Assembly: GCA_963721805.1 (NCBI GenBank)
Contig: CAVRJY010000001.1
Span: 512,001 to 576,000, forward strand
Direction of reading: 5' to 3'
Source of the DNA: Nitrospirota bacterium
Lineage (GTDB): Bacteria; Nitrospirota; Thermodesulfovibrionia; Thermodesulfovibrionales; JdFR-86
Length of the DNA stretch: 64,000 nt
The notes beneath the pieces are model-generated. The model was not told where the DNA came from, ran no database searches, and worked only from the letters and a program-made list of their open reading frames with translations. The position numbers were made by a program, and so were the translations under genes. Each line of letters opens with the position of its first letter. The stretch's first letter is position 1. Positions 28,983 through 41,714 of the stretch are shown piece by piece.

Positions 28983-30145
28983 TTTGCTGACAGCCTCCTT
29001 GTGGCCGCGTGCACGAGGCTTGCGTAATACTCGGCCCCGATCTTAAGCGCGGCCTCGTCGAAATCGAACGTGGGGCTGTGGCCCAGCAGCAGGCCCGCGC
29101 CCTTCTTGGCCGCTCCGATGCGCACGAAGCACCCGGGGGCCTCGTGGAGGTAATACGCGAAGTCCTCCCCGCCCATGCTGGGCTTCGGGATCACCCTGAC
29201 GTTGCGCGGCCCGACCAGCTCTCTCGCTGTATCCATGGCGATTTCGAATCCGTCTTCGGAGTTTACGGTGGGCGGGTAGCCCTCGATCACCTTCAGGTCG
29301 GTTTTCACTCTGTGCTGGGCCGCGACGGCACGCACCGTGTCCTTGATCCGCTTAAGAAGCTCACGCCGGGTCTCGGCGTCGGTCGTCCTTAAGGTGCCTT
29401 CTAGGTACGCCTTTTCGGCGATGATGTTGTGCGCAGTCCCGGCATGGAGGCTTCCTATCGTGAGCACCGAGGGTTCGAGCGGGTCGGCCCCGCGCGATAT
29501 CACGCCCTGCAGCGCCACGACGAGCGAGCTTGCGGCGTATACCGCGTCGAGCGCCTCATGGGGTCGCGCGGCATGGCCGCCCTTGCCCTGAATGCTTATA
29601 TGGAGCGCGTCGGTGTATGCGCTCTCGATGCCGTGCCTGAGAGCGATCACCCCGGTGGGCAGGTTCGGCTCAAGGTGGCCGCCGAAGACCATGTCCACGC
29701 CGTCCATCGCGCCGTCGCGTATGAGCGCCTGAGCGCCGCCCTCGCTTTCCTCCGCCGGCTGAAACATCAGCACCGTGCGGCAGCGAGCGGGGTTCTTTAT
29801 AAGCAATGCAGCCGCGCCGAGGACTATCGCAATATGTCCGTCGTGACCGCACGCGTGCATCACTCCCCTGTATCGGGATGCGAAAGCAAGCCCCGTTGCC
29901 TCCACTATGGGAAGCGCGTCGATGTCCGCGCGCAGCGCTATCGCCGGGACGCCTTTCCCCGCATCCCCAAACCGCCCCACCACGCCGGTTTGGGCCACGG
30001 CCCCGGCGCCGATGCCGAGGCGCCCGAGTTCCGCCTTGATGAGGGCTGACGTGCGCGCTTCCTTGTATCCCAGCTCGGGGTTGCGGTGCACGTCGCGCCT
30101 GATCGAGGTGATGTGTTTCAGGAGCTTGCCGTCCATGCGTATCAT
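28979..30145 (-). CDS. M20D-family amidohydrolase
   Basis: RADIDALP, MHACGHDGH, FQPAEE and GGEDF motifs. Confidence 0.93.
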   Translation of the reverse strand: MIRMDGKLLKHITSIRRDVHRNPELGYKEARTSALIKAELGRLGIGAGAVAQTGVVGRFGDAGKGVPAIALRADIDALPIVEATGLAFASRYRGVMHACGHDGHIAIVLGAAALLIKNPARCRTVLMFQPAEESEGGAQALIRDGAMDGVDMVFGGHLEPNLPTGVIALRHGIESAYTDALHISIQGKGGHAARPHEALDAVYAASSLVVALQGVISRGADPLEPSVLTIGSLHAGTAHNIIAEKAYLEGTLRTTDAETRRELLKRIKDTVRAVAAQHRVKTDLKVIEGYPPTVNSEDGFEIAMDTARELVGPRNVRVIPKPSMGGEDFAYYLHEAPGCFVRIGAAKKGAGLLLGHSPTFDFDEAALKIGAEYYASLVHAATRRLSAK

Positions 30146-30335
30146 GCGATAGAGTTTATCATAACGCGCCGGGGCCTTTGCCCATGCCAGACGGGCCGGG
30201 TTTCTATTTATAGTTTTAATCGACCGATAAAAGGCCTGATTTCCCTTGACTCAGCTTGCGGCGCTGTGATACTCTCAACACGTCTTTGCGGCGATACCGC
30301 GTACTCTACGCAGGTTTTTATCGAAGGGGAGAACA

Positions 30336-30755
30336 ATGCTGGAATTCAATCATTGGTTTTTTGTCCTGCTCGCGAACTTCCTCGTCCTGCTCTTTGTCCT
30401 GAATAAAATCCTCTTCCAGCCCCTGCTCGGAACTTTCAAGGAGCGCGAGGCCTCCACAAAGGGTTTTATGGACAACGCGCGCACGATGGAAGCCGAGAAG
30501 GAATCAGCCATAGCGGGTATGAGGAGCCGGTTCGCCGAGGCAGGCAAACAGGCCCGGAAGGAGTTCGAGGCGCTCAAGTCCGAGGGCCTCGACAACCAGC
30601 GCGCCCAGATGGCCGAGGCCGCAAAGCAGGCCGCGGCGACGATCGAGCGCGCACGCGCCGAGATCGAGTCCGATGCAGCCAAGGCCCGCCAGGCCCTGCA
30701 GGGCGAGGTCGTGAAGCTCTCGGCCGAGATTTCGCTCAAGGTCGCGGGAGTCTAA
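30336..30755 (+). CDS. ATP synthase F0 subunit b'
   Basis: N-terminal TM (NFLVLLFVLNKILFQP) plus coiled coil; first gene of the atp cluster. Confidence 0.9.
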   Translation: MLEFNHWFFVLLANFLVLLFVLNKILFQPLLGTFKEREASTKGFMDNARTMEAEKESAIAGMRSRFAEAGKQARKEFEALKSEGLDNQRAQMAEAAKQAAATIERARAEIESDAAKARQALQGEVVKLSAEISLKVAGV

Positions 30756-30760
30756 CTGCA

Positions 30761-31348
30761 ATGATAAAGAGAGAAAACATAAAGTATATGGCTTACGGCT
30801 TCGCCTCTACGCTCACGCTCGTGGCGGCCAAGACCGCGTTTGCGGCCGAAGGCGCCGAGGAGGGCGGCGCGAGATAATGGTGTACGTCTGGCAGATCCTG
30901 AACTTCGCGATACTGGTCGTGGCCCTCGTCTACTTCGGCAAGAAGCCCCTGGCCAGCTACCTCGCCGAGCGCACCGCGACGATCAAGAAGAGCCTCGACG
31001 AGGCCCGCTAGGCCCGCGAACTAGCCCAGAAAGCACTCGACGAGGTGAAGGACCGCTTAAAGACCGTCGACAGCGAGGTCGCCGAGATGATCGCCGCCTC
31101 CAAGGCCTCCGGCGAGCGCGAGCGCGACCCAGCTCATCGAGGACGGCAAGGCGCTGAGCGCCCGCATCCTGGAGCAGGCCAAGGCCAATATCGATTTCGA
31201 GGTCAAGCGCGCCAAGGACGCCATCCGCGACGAGGCCGTACGCACGACGATGGACCTGGTCGAGAAGCACATATCCGAGAAGCTCTCGGAAAAGGAGCGC
31301 AAGTCGCTCCTCGAAGAGGCGCTCGTTAAGATGGAGGGCAGGAATTGA
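30761..31348 (+). pseudogene. atpF: ATP synthase F0 subunit b, interrupted by two frameshifts and an in-frame TAG (possibly sequence error)
   Basis: WQILNFAILVVALVYFGKKPL...R...IKKSLDEAR is clearly b-like. Frameshift near 30870, TAG at 31009-31011, extra C near 31128-31130. The stop overlaps the atpH start. Confidence 0.85.
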
Positions 31349-31884
31349 AGCCCGTAAAGCACGCACGCAAGTACGCCAAGATGTACCTTAACGCCGTCGG
31401 GATGGACGCCGCGCCCAAGGCCCTCAAGGACCTCGAGGCCGCGCGCGACCTGATGGAGAAGGCCCCGGAGTTCCGGCGGCTGATGCTCAGCCCGATCTTC
31501 ACCGAGAAGGAGCGCGCCGAAGCGCTCGCGGCCGTGGCCGCGAAGCTCGGTATGCAGGCCGAGACCGTAAAGTTCCTCAAATTCCTGGGCGATAAGGGCG
31601 CGGCGCACGGGCTTGCAATAATCACCGCCAAGGCCAGCGCGATGTACGCCGAGAGCAAGAGCGTGGTGAAGGCCACCGTAGTGACCCCGGCCGCGATTGG
31701 CACCGAGTACGGCGCACGCCTCACGGTCGCGCTTAAAAATATGACAGGCAGGGATGTCGATATCGAATACGCCACGGACCCGTCGCTGCTGGGCGGAGTG
31801 CTCGTTAAGGTCGGCAGCACGATGTACGACGGCACCGTAAAGGGACAACTGAGAATCCTTCGGGATGAGCTTCTAAAGGGGTGA
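31345..31884 (+). CDS. atpH: ATP synthase delta
   Basis: ARKYAK and DPSLLGGVLVKVGSTMYDG motifs. Confidence 0.92.
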   Translation: MKPVKHARKYAKMYLNAVGMDAAPKALKDLEAARDLMEKAPEFRRLMLSPIFTEKERAEALAAVAAKLGMQAETVKFLKFLGDKGAAHGLAIITAKASAMYAESKSVVKATVVTPAAIGTEYGARLTVALKNMTGRDVDIEYATDPSLLGGVLVKVGSTMYDGTVKGQLRILRDELLKG

Positions 31885-31887
31885 TAA

Positions 31888-33399
<1,512 letters not shown>

Positions 33400-33407
33400 G
33401 GGCATAG

Positions 33408-34283
33408 ATGGCAACTCTACGCGACATAAAACGGCGCATCAAGGCGGTAACGAGCACACGGCAGATCACGAAGGCCATGAAGATGGTCTCGGCCTCGAAG
33501 CTCAAGAGGGTGCAGGGCCGGATGCTCGAGATGAGGCCTTACGCAACGAAGATGGACGAGGTCATAAAGAGCCTCGCACGCGGGGCTGACAAGGAATCCA
33601 GCCCGCTGCTGATAGAGCGGCCGCGCAAGAACGTCGAGGTGATCGTCCTTACAAGCGACCGCGGCCTCTGCAGCGCGTTTAACACCAACGTAATGAAGCT
33701 CGCGACCAGGGTCATGGCCGAAATGAAGACGCAGGGCGTCGAGAACGTCCAGATCAGCACCGTGGGCAAGAAGGCCGCTGACTTCTACAGGCGGCGCGGC
33801 ATAAAGCTTAAGAACTCATGGACCGGTTTTTCGGGCCGAGTGAGCTACGAAAACGCGAAGCTCGTCGCGACCTCGATGATCCAGGGCTACGTCTCTGGCG
33901 AGGTCGACGAGGTCGTGGTCATCTATAACAAGTTCAAAAACGTAGTGCAGCAGATACCGACCTCGGTGAAGTTCCTCCCCGCATCGATAGAAGAGGGCGA
34001 GGCCCCCGCGGAAGGCGGCGGCGCTGATTTCATCTATGAGCCCCAGGAGGACGTGCTGCTTGAGTTCCTGCTTCCGAAGAACATAGAGATACAGGTCTTC
34101 AGTGCGCTTCTTGAGTCGCAGACTTCCGAGGAGGCCGCCCGCATGGCCGCCATGGAGAACGCGACGAAGAGCTCCACCGAGATGATCGACAAGCTCTCGC
34201 TCAAATACAACAAGGCGCGCCAGGCCGGCATCACCGCGGACCTCATGGACATCGTCGGCGGCGTGGAGGCACTCAAGCAGTAG
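33408..34283 (+). CDS. atpG: ATP synthase gamma
   Basis: QITKAMKMV, SDRGLC and YNKARQAGIT motifs. Confidence 0.97.
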   Translation: MATLRDIKRRIKAVTSTRQITKAMKMVSASKLKRVQGRMLEMRPYATKMDEVIKSLARGADKESSPLLIERPRKNVEVIVLTSDRGLCSAFNTNVMKLATRVMAEMKTQGVENVQISTVGKKAADFYRRRGIKLKNSWTGFSGRVSYENAKLVATSMIQGYVSGEVDEVVVIYNKFKNVVQQIPTSVKFLPASIEEGEAPAEGGGADFIYEPQEDVLLEFLLPKNIEIQVFSALLESQTSEEAARMAAMENATKSSTEMIDKLSLKYNKARQAGITADLMDIVGGVEALKQ

Positions 34284-34360
34284 GGCGGTCCGGGGCAGGA
34301 TGCCCGGGCCGATGAAAAGAGCAATTAAGAAGTGATGAGAAATACACGGAGGTAATGTAG

Positions 34361-35785
<1,425 letters not shown>

Positions 35786-35810
35786 GAAGGCTTACGGAGG
35801 ATAGTGAAAC

Positions 35811-36221
35811 GTGGCTGAAACCATACAGCTTGAGATAGTGACCCCGTACGGCACGATATACAGCGAGCCGGTCGAGGAAGTGGGGGCATCCGGCACCGAG
35901 GGCGACTTCGGCGTATACCCGGGCCATGCCCCGATGCTCACCTCGCTCCGCGTGGGCGAGCTCTCAGCCCGCAAGGGCAGTGCGACCGAGTGGTTTTTCG
36001 TGAGCACCGGATTCGCCGAGGTCGGCTCCGAGAAGATCATCGTCCTGGCAGACAGCGCCGAGAACGCGTCATCCATCGACGTGGCGCGCGCGGCCGAGGC
36101 CAAGAAGAGGGCCGAGGAGCGGATCGCAAAGAACGACAATGTCGACTTCCGCCGCGCGGAACTCGCACTTCAGCGCGCAATCATGCGCATAGGCGTTGCC
36201 GAACATTCGAGTGGAAGATAG
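35811..36221 (+). CDS. atpC: ATP synthase epsilon
   Basis: LEIVTP, GDFGVYPGHAP and GFAEV motifs. Confidence 0.95.
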   Translation: MAETIQLEIVTPYGTIYSEPVEEVGASGTEGDFGVYPGHAPMLTSLRVGELSARKGSATEWFFVSTGFAEVGSEKIIVLADSAENASSIDVARAAEAKKRAEERIAKNDNVDFRRAELALQRAIMRIGVAEHSSGR

Positions 36222-36250
36222 GGCGCGGATAAAATTTAACGGCTGAAAAT

Positions 36251-36309
36251 ACCGGGGGCGTGCCGCAGAGATATGGGGGTGGGACCCGGCGGTACGCTCC
36301 CGGTTTTTT
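36251..36309 (+). terminator. Probable terminator of the atp operon
   Basis: ACCGGGGGCGTGCCGC...GCGGTACGCTCCCGGT stem followed by a T-run. Confidence 0.6.
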
Positions 36310-36356
36310 GTTCGGCAGGTATACGAACCCGGCCGTGAGCGCCTTGGTACGAGTCT

Positions 36357-37250
36357 CTAGGTGAGGGACCGCGTCCCCTTCAGGAAATCCCTGAACGCGG
36401 AATATTTGGGCGGCAGAGCCCGCTTTTTATGCGTCGAGACATAAAACTCCCTCTTGAGCGTCGCGCCGTGTATCGGGATCTCAACGAGCGCACCATACTC
36501 CAATTCATCCTGTACCGCTACCCTGGAGATGAAGCTCACGCCCATCGCTGACTTCACGGCCTGCTTTATGCACTCGGTCGAGCCCAGTATGGCCGCGACC
36601 TGAAGCGAGCGCGGGGCTATGCCGTGGGATTCGAGGAACCGCTCCATGATCTTCCGCGTCCCCGAGCCGCGCTCCCTTATGACGAACGGGAGCCCGGCGA
36701 TCGCCCTAAGCGCGATCTTCTTTTTCCTGAGCAGGCCGGGCGAGGCGACCAGTATCATCTCGTCGTCCGCAAACGGCTCGTAATTCAGGCGTTCGGGCTC
36801 CATGACCGCCCCCACGCAGCCCATCATTATCTCGTTGCCCTGCACCCACTGGGCCACCTGCTGCGAGTCGCCGATGCGCACCTCGATCGAGACCTCCGGG
36901 TGCAGGGCCCTGAACCTCTGGAACAGCACCGGGATGATGTACGTCCCCGGTATCGTGCTTGCGCCGACGAGTATCGTCCCCGAGATGCTCCCGGACATCC
37001 TCTCGGCGGTGTCCTTAAGGGCCTCGGCCTCCTGGATGATCCTGATGACCTTGCGGTAGATGCCTTCGGCCTCGCGCGTCGGGACGATGTTGCGGTTGAG
37101 CCTGTCAAACAGGTTGCAGCCGAGTTCGTCCTCGAGGCCCTTGATGTGTTCGCTGATCGTGGGCTGGCTCAGGCCGAGTTCGGCCGCGGCCTTCGTGAAG
37201 CTCCTGTTGTTGAATACCGCAACGAACGAGACCAGCTTGCCGATGTCCAT
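36357..37250 (-). CDS. LysR-family regulator (CysL-like; selenium-metabolism-associated type)
   Basis: SFTKAA..L.LSQPTIS, GASTIPG and RERGSGTR motifs; divergent from the YedF-like gene. Confidence 0.9.
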   Translation of the reverse strand: MDIGKLVSFVAVFNNRSFTKAAAELGLSQPTISEHIKGLEDELGCNLFDRLNRNIVPTREAEGIYRKVIRIIQEAEALKDTAERMSGSISGTILVGASTIPGTYIIPVLFQRFRALHPEVSIEVRIGDSQQVAQWVQGNEIMMGCVGAVMEPERLNYEPFADDEMILVASPGLLRKKKIALRAIAGLPFVIRERGSGTRKIMERFLESHGIAPRSLQVAAILGSTECIKQAVKSAMGVSFISRVAVQDELEYGALVEIPIHGATLKREFYVSTHKKRALPPKYSAFRDFLKGTRSLT

Positions 37251-37376
37251 GTCCTTATAGCCTTTCTCGATTCATATGGGTGCGCTCCATTATTTTAGGC
37301 TATTTGACTTGTCTATTGCAAGAATTGCTAATATCGATGTGAAGGCCTTGATAACAGGGCCGGGGAGGCCATTGAA

Positions 37377-37760
37377 ATGGGATGCGACAAGCCTGAAGGG
37401 GCCGGGAATGTGAGAGACTCTGCTGTCGAAAACGCGCTGTTCATAGTTGTGACCTCGGATGTCATGGGGCGCGACCCCGATATCGGCCGCGTGCTGATGA
37501 AGGGTTTCTTCGAGACCATGAAGGCCACGGCCGCATATCCGCGTGCGGTATTTTTCATGAACGCCGGGGTGAGGCTGACTACCGTGGACGAGGAGTTCGT
37601 CCCCCTGCTTAAGGCCATCGAAGAGGCCGGAGTCGAGGTGTTCTCCTGCGGCACCTGCCTCAAGCATTATGGGTTCGAGGAGGCCCTGAAAGTCGGATAT
37701 CGCGGCAGCACCGCTCAGGTGCTCGAGGGCATAAAAGAAGCCCGGACGCTATGGATATGA
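37377..37760 (+). CDS. DsrE/YedF-like sulfur- or selenium-transfer protein
   Basis: MG...IG.VLMKGF, FFMNAGVRL and SCGTCL motifs. Confidence 0.8.
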   Translation: MGCDKPEGAGNVRDSAVENALFIVVTSDVMGRDPDIGRVLMKGFFETMKATAAYPRAVFFMNAGVRLTTVDEEFVPLLKAIEEAGVEVFSCGTCLKHYGFEEALKVGYRGSTAQVLEGIKEARTLWI

Positions 37761-37848
37761 ACGCTTTGCAACGGTTTCGGAGAGATGAAACTGTAACTTT
37801 AGGGGCCACTTTGCTTGTCAAGACTTTTTGTGCTAAACTCAAAATGAA

Positions 37849-38310
37849 ATGAAAAACCATATATACCGTCCACTGTATGTCGTCGTCGCACTGATCGCCG
37901 TGATACTCATCGCAAGGGCGATTTATGTGCCGAAGGATTTCGGTATCCAGGCCAGGGGATACCGCTTCGGCTGGCACAGGCTGGGCAACGAGCAGGAATG
38001 GAAGGACTTCACTTCCAAGTATGCCCAGAAGGATTATTGCAAGGGGTGCCACTCGGACAAGGCAGATCAAATCGCTGCCTCGCCGCACGTGATCATCCCC
38101 TGCCAGGACTGCCATGGGCCCGCGTTGCAGCACCCGGATAACCCGCCGAAGCTGGCCATCGACAAGGCCCGCTCCCTGTGCCTGCGTTGCCACGCCAAGC
38201 TCGTGGACGTGGGTTCCGGAAGGGCCGGAATCCGGGGCATAGACGACTCTCAGCATAACCCGGGCGCGGAGTGTGTCAGCTGTCATAACCCGCATTCCCC
38301 CGTGATATAG
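37849..38310 (+). CDS. Membrane-anchored tetraheme cytochrome c
   Basis: N-terminal TM plus CKGCH, CQDCH, CLRCH and CVSCH. Confidence 0.92.
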   Translation: MKNHIYRPLYVVVALIAVILIARAIYVPKDFGIQARGYRFGWHRLGNEQEWKDFTSKYAQKDYCKGCHSDKADQIAASPHVIIPCQDCHGPALQHPDNPPKLAIDKARSLCLRCHAKLVDVGSGRAGIRGIDDSQHNPGAECVSCHNPHSPVI

Positions 38311-38315
38311 GTGCC

Positions 38316-39095
38316 ATGATGATAACGAGAAGAAATTTCATAAAGAATGCGTGTATCGGGGCGGCGGCGCTCGGCGCGGCCTCTCTGACAGGGATTAAAG
38401 GGGTGCATGCGTCCGAGCCCCCGAGCAAGGACTTGCGCTACGGCTTCCTCGTCGACACGTACAAGTGCGTCGGCTGCGGCATGTGCGTCAAGGCCTGCAA
38501 GCTGGAAAACGAGATACCCTGGAATATCCCGGCCTCGCGCACGTGGGTCGAGCGGTACGTCGTCAAGAAAGACGGCGAGGTGCTGGCAGACTCGCCGATG
38601 GCCGGCCGCGACGGGTTCACCGATCCAAAGATAGACCAGGGCGAGGACTTCCCCAAGGCGACCGTGGCCGAGGCCGATGTCTCCAAGACGATCTTCGTCC
38701 CCAAGCTCTGCAACCAGTGCGACAAGCCCGCCTGCGTGCAGGTCTGCCCGGTCGGCGCGACCTACCAGACCGCCGAGGGCATAGTCCTGGTCGACCGCAC
38801 CTGGTGTATCGGCTGCGGCTACTGCATCGAGGCCTGCCCCTACGGCGTGAGGTTCTTCAACCCCATCTACGGGACGGCCGAGAAGTGCACGTGGTGCTAC
38901 CATCGCATCTCCAAGGGCATGAAGCCCGCTTGCGTGGATGCCTGCCCGTTCGGTGCCAGGGACATCGGCAACTTGAAAGACCCCAACGACCCCGTGACGA
39001 AGATCATTATGGAGGAGCGCGTGCAGGTACTCAAGGAAGAGTTCGGAACTGGGCCTCAGGCCTTCTACCGCGGGCTTGATTGGAGGATCCGGTGA
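38316..39095 (+). CDS. Tat-exported 4x[4Fe-4S] protein (NrfC/PsrB family)
   Basis: TRRNFIK Tat motif and four ferredoxin Cys clusters. Confidence 0.93.
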   Translation: MMITRRNFIKNACIGAAALGAASLTGIKGVHASEPPSKDLRYGFLVDTYKCVGCGMCVKACKLENEIPWNIPASRTWVERYVVKKDGEVLADSPMAGRDGFTDPKIDQGEDFPKATVAEADVSKTIFVPKLCNQCDKPACVQVCPVGATYQTAEGIVLVDRTWCIGCGYCIEACPYGVRFFNPIYGTAEKCTWCYHRISKGMKPACVDACPFGARDIGNLKDPNDPVTKIIMEERVQVLKEEFGTGPQAFYRGLDWRIR

Positions 39096-40363
39096 TCGAC
39101 CCCAATACTATTACAGAAGTACACGGCTCCCTCTGGACCGTAAAAGAGCTGTTCGTATATCCCAACGAGTTCATCGTCTGGAGCATACAGATCGTCATGT
39201 ACCCTTACATGACCGGTCTCGTGGCCGGGGCGTTCGTGCTCTCGTCGCTCTACCATGTCTTCGGCCGCGAGGAGCTCAAGGGAATAGCCTCTTTCTCGCT
39301 CGCGTTCAGCTTCGCGCTCCTGCCGGTGGCCATGATGCCGCTGGAGCTGCACCTGCAACACCCCTTCCGCGGGGTCGAGGTCTTCTTCACGCCTCACTTC
39401 ACCTCGGCCATCGCTGCGTTCGGCATCGTGTTCAGCACCTATGGGGCCATAGTGGCCTCCGAGATCTGGTTCGTTTACAGGAAGTTCTTCGTCGAGGAGG
39501 CCAAGAGGCTTTCCAAGGCATCGGGCTTCGACGCGTTCAGAGGCAAGGTATACTCAATCCTGACCCTCGGCGCCTGGGACGTCTCAGAAGATGCGATACA
39601 CGCAGACCACAAGGCGGTCAGTCTGCTGGCCGCCATCGGCATCCCGGTCGCGTGCTTCCTGCACGGGTATGCCGGGTTCATCTTCGGCTCGGTCAAGGCC
39701 AACGCGCTGTGGATGACGCCGCTGATGCCGGTCATCTTCATCGTCTCCGCTATCGTCTCGGGCATCGCGCTTTGCATGTTCGTCTACACCTGCGTGCTCG
39801 AGATCGCGCGGCACCGCCACCGCAACGAGCCCAACCACAAAGAGGTCGCGCTCCAGCTGAGGGATACACAGCGCAAGACGATAGCCGATACCAGGAAATA
39901 TCTCCTCGCGTTCCTGATCGCTGCGATCACGCTTGAGCTGCTGGACCTCGTTTTCCGCGGCTATACCGCCGTCAAGAGCTGGAACATCCTCAGCACGGTC
40001 ATATTCCAGAGGGACTTCGTAAAGATCTTCATCCTGCAGTACACGGTCGGCGACCTGATACCCTTCGTCCTGCTGATCCTCCCCGGCAAGATCTCACTCA
40101 AGCGCACGATGGCCGCGCTCCTCATGATCCTGTTTGGCGTGTTCATGATGCGCTGGAACGTCGTCATCGGCGGCCAGTCGTTCTCGCTGAGCTTCGCCGG
40201 GTACATGGACTACGTCCTGCCGATCATCCCCCGCAGCTGGGAGACCCTGAAGGAGGGCGTCGTTGGGGCGCTCGCGGTCATCGCCACGCCGTTTTTGCTG
40301 CTTTACATCATCAGTTTCTTCATCCCTATCGTCCCGAAGCTCGGGAACAAGGCGGAGCACTAA
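39092..40363 (+). CDS. NrfD/PsrC-family quinol-interacting membrane subunit
   Basis: W...IVMYPYMTGLVAG, LHLQHP.R and RWNVVIGGQ motifs, polytopic. GTG start overlaps the upstream stop. Confidence 0.92.
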   Translation: MIDPNTITEVHGSLWTVKELFVYPNEFIVWSIQIVMYPYMTGLVAGAFVLSSLYHVFGREELKGIASFSLAFSFALLPVAMMPLELHLQHPFRGVEVFFTPHFTSAIAAFGIVFSTYGAIVASEIWFVYRKFFVEEAKRLSKASGFDAFRGKVYSILTLGAWDVSEDAIHADHKAVSLLAAIGIPVACFLHGYAGFIFGSVKANALWMTPLMPVIFIVSAIVSGIALCMFVYTCVLEIARHRHRNEPNHKEVALQLRDTQRKTIADTRKYLLAFLIAAITLELLDLVFRGYTAVKSWNILSTVIFQRDFVKIFILQYTVGDLIPFVLLILPGKISLKRTMAALLMILFGVFMMRWNVVIGGQSFSLSFAGYMDYVLPIIPRSWETLKEGVVGALAVIATPFLLLYIISFFIPIVPKLGNKAEH

Positions 40364-40393
40364 GCCGTATAAAGCCTGCGATCGCGAAACCCG

Positions 40394-40423
40394 AGGGGCC
40401 CTTTTACAGGGCCCCTTTTTTTT
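40394..40423 (+). terminator. Intrinsic terminator
   Basis: AGGGGCCC/GGGCCCCT stem followed by a T-run. Confidence 0.8.
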
Positions 40424-40522
40424 GATCAGCCTCCCTCTGCGCAGACGACAAGCGCCTGTCTGAGGCCGGTCCCGGCAAGGCTTAGGCTGGCATGTTATAG
40501 TATTTGATGCTCAGGGGGGTGG

Positions 40523-41197
40523 ATGGATAAGGACGCAGCGTTAAAGCTCAAGGTCGTGGGTTTTTTCTCCGCCCTCACCGACGACGAATTCCAGCGGATC
40601 GGCCACCGCGTCAGGATCGAGAGGTTCCAGCGTGGGACCGCGATCTTAAACGAGACCGACACGAACGAGTATATGTACGCTGTAGTCGAAGGTGAGGTGA
40701 AGGCCTCACGCACCCTCGATGACGGCCGCGAGACTATCCTCGCCATACACGGCGCTGGCGAGTCCTTCGGGGAACTCGCTCTGATCGACGGCCGGACCGC
40801 CCCGGCCACGGTCACGGCCGCAAGAGACTCCATTGTTGCGCTCATAGCGAAGCGTGATTTTCACGAGATCCTTATGGCCGACCGGAAGGTGCTCTCCTAT
40901 TTTCTCCGCCTGATGTGCTCCCGCCTCCGCGAGGCCTGGCGCACGCATGAGATACTCCAGCAGCGGGACGCCTGCGAGCGGATCAGGATGATGCTCGGAA
41001 AGCTCGCCGCGGAGCGCGGCACACAGCTCCCGGAGGGAGTGCTGATCAACTCACGCCTGACCCACCAGGAGATGGCCGAGATGACCGGCCTGACGCGCGA
41101 GACCGTCACGCGCGTGATCGACCAGATGAAACTGGACGGCCATTTAAGGCTCGGCGAAGACCGCCTGTACGTACTTCTGAAAGATTTTTTTGCGTAG
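40523..41197 (+). CDS. Crp/Fnr-family regulator
   Basis: cNMP-binding-like GESFGELAL and HTH LTHQEMAEMTGLTRETVTR. Confidence 0.93.
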   Translation: MDKDAALKLKVVGFFSALTDDEFQRIGHRVRIERFQRGTAILNETDTNEYMYAVVEGEVKASRTLDDGRETILAIHGAGESFGELALIDGRTAPATVTAARDSIVALIAKRDFHEILMADRKVLSYFLRLMCSRLREAWRTHEILQQRDACERIRMMLGKLAAERGTQLPEGVLINSRLTHQEMAEMTGLTRETVTRVIDQMKLDGHLRLGEDRLYVLLKDFFA

Positions 41198-41389
41198 TCA
41201 GCTTCCGAAATAACAAAATCAATTGCCTTCCGCATCCATGCGCTGGGCCATGTTTGTGGGTGTTTCAATCAAAGGCTTAATCCACAATCCCGTTGCCTCC
41301 ATTTTTTATCCCGGAATGCCGGTCCATTTCACAGGATATTCACATTGAGCATGTTACTATACATGCGAAAAATCGAAACAGTATAAATA

Positions 41390-41489
41390 CTCTGCTCAGA
41401 GCAAACCGAGGGGAAACCCCGGGGCGCAGAGCAACGGGACTAAACAACGGGGACGCGGTTCCCGTTCCATGTCAGCCGGGCCGCCAGAG
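41390..41489 (+). ncRNA. GEMM-I cyclic-dinucleotide riboswitch, A20 variant (predicted 3',3'-cGAMP sensor)
   Basis: P1 CTCTG/CAGAG; GCAAACC-P2 with GAAA tetraloop-GGCGCAGAGC; P3 with CTAA...ATG receptor-like motif. Vc2-equivalent positions are 20=A (41400), 47=A (41428) and 92=C (41484). Confidence 0.9.
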
Positions 41490-41520
41490 GGAAGCGTACT
41501 CTGGCGGTTTTTCTTTTTTT
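41481..41520 (+). terminator. Riboswitch expression-platform terminator
   Basis: CCGCCAGAG/CTCTGGCGG stem plus TTTTTCTTTTTTT. The 5' arm overlaps the aptamer P1. Confidence 0.88.
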
Positions 41521-41714
41521 GGCTGCCTCTAGGGGAGGGAGCCGATCCGATGTGCGTGATGGCTGAGGTACAGTTGCGCCTTCACGAACATGGCAACGAA
41601 AACTCCGGATCGAAGGGAGGGGATAAGACGATTAGGGGCGTTTCCCAAATATGACAGTTTTTTTCTCAAGGACGTGAAACGAGTTCAACCAAATATAAAG
41701 GAGGCGTTAAGAGT

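Noticed and set aside
31009..31011. In-frame TAG in atpF as pyrrolysine or a recoded stop
   Set aside because: It is accompanied by two frameshifts, TAG is used as a normal stop elsewhere (e.g. atpA, atpG), and there are no pyl genes in the window.
41550..41654. 34-aa ORF between the riboswitch and the cytochrome gene
   Set aside because: It has an SD-like sequence but no recognisable features, and cannot be supported without conservation data.
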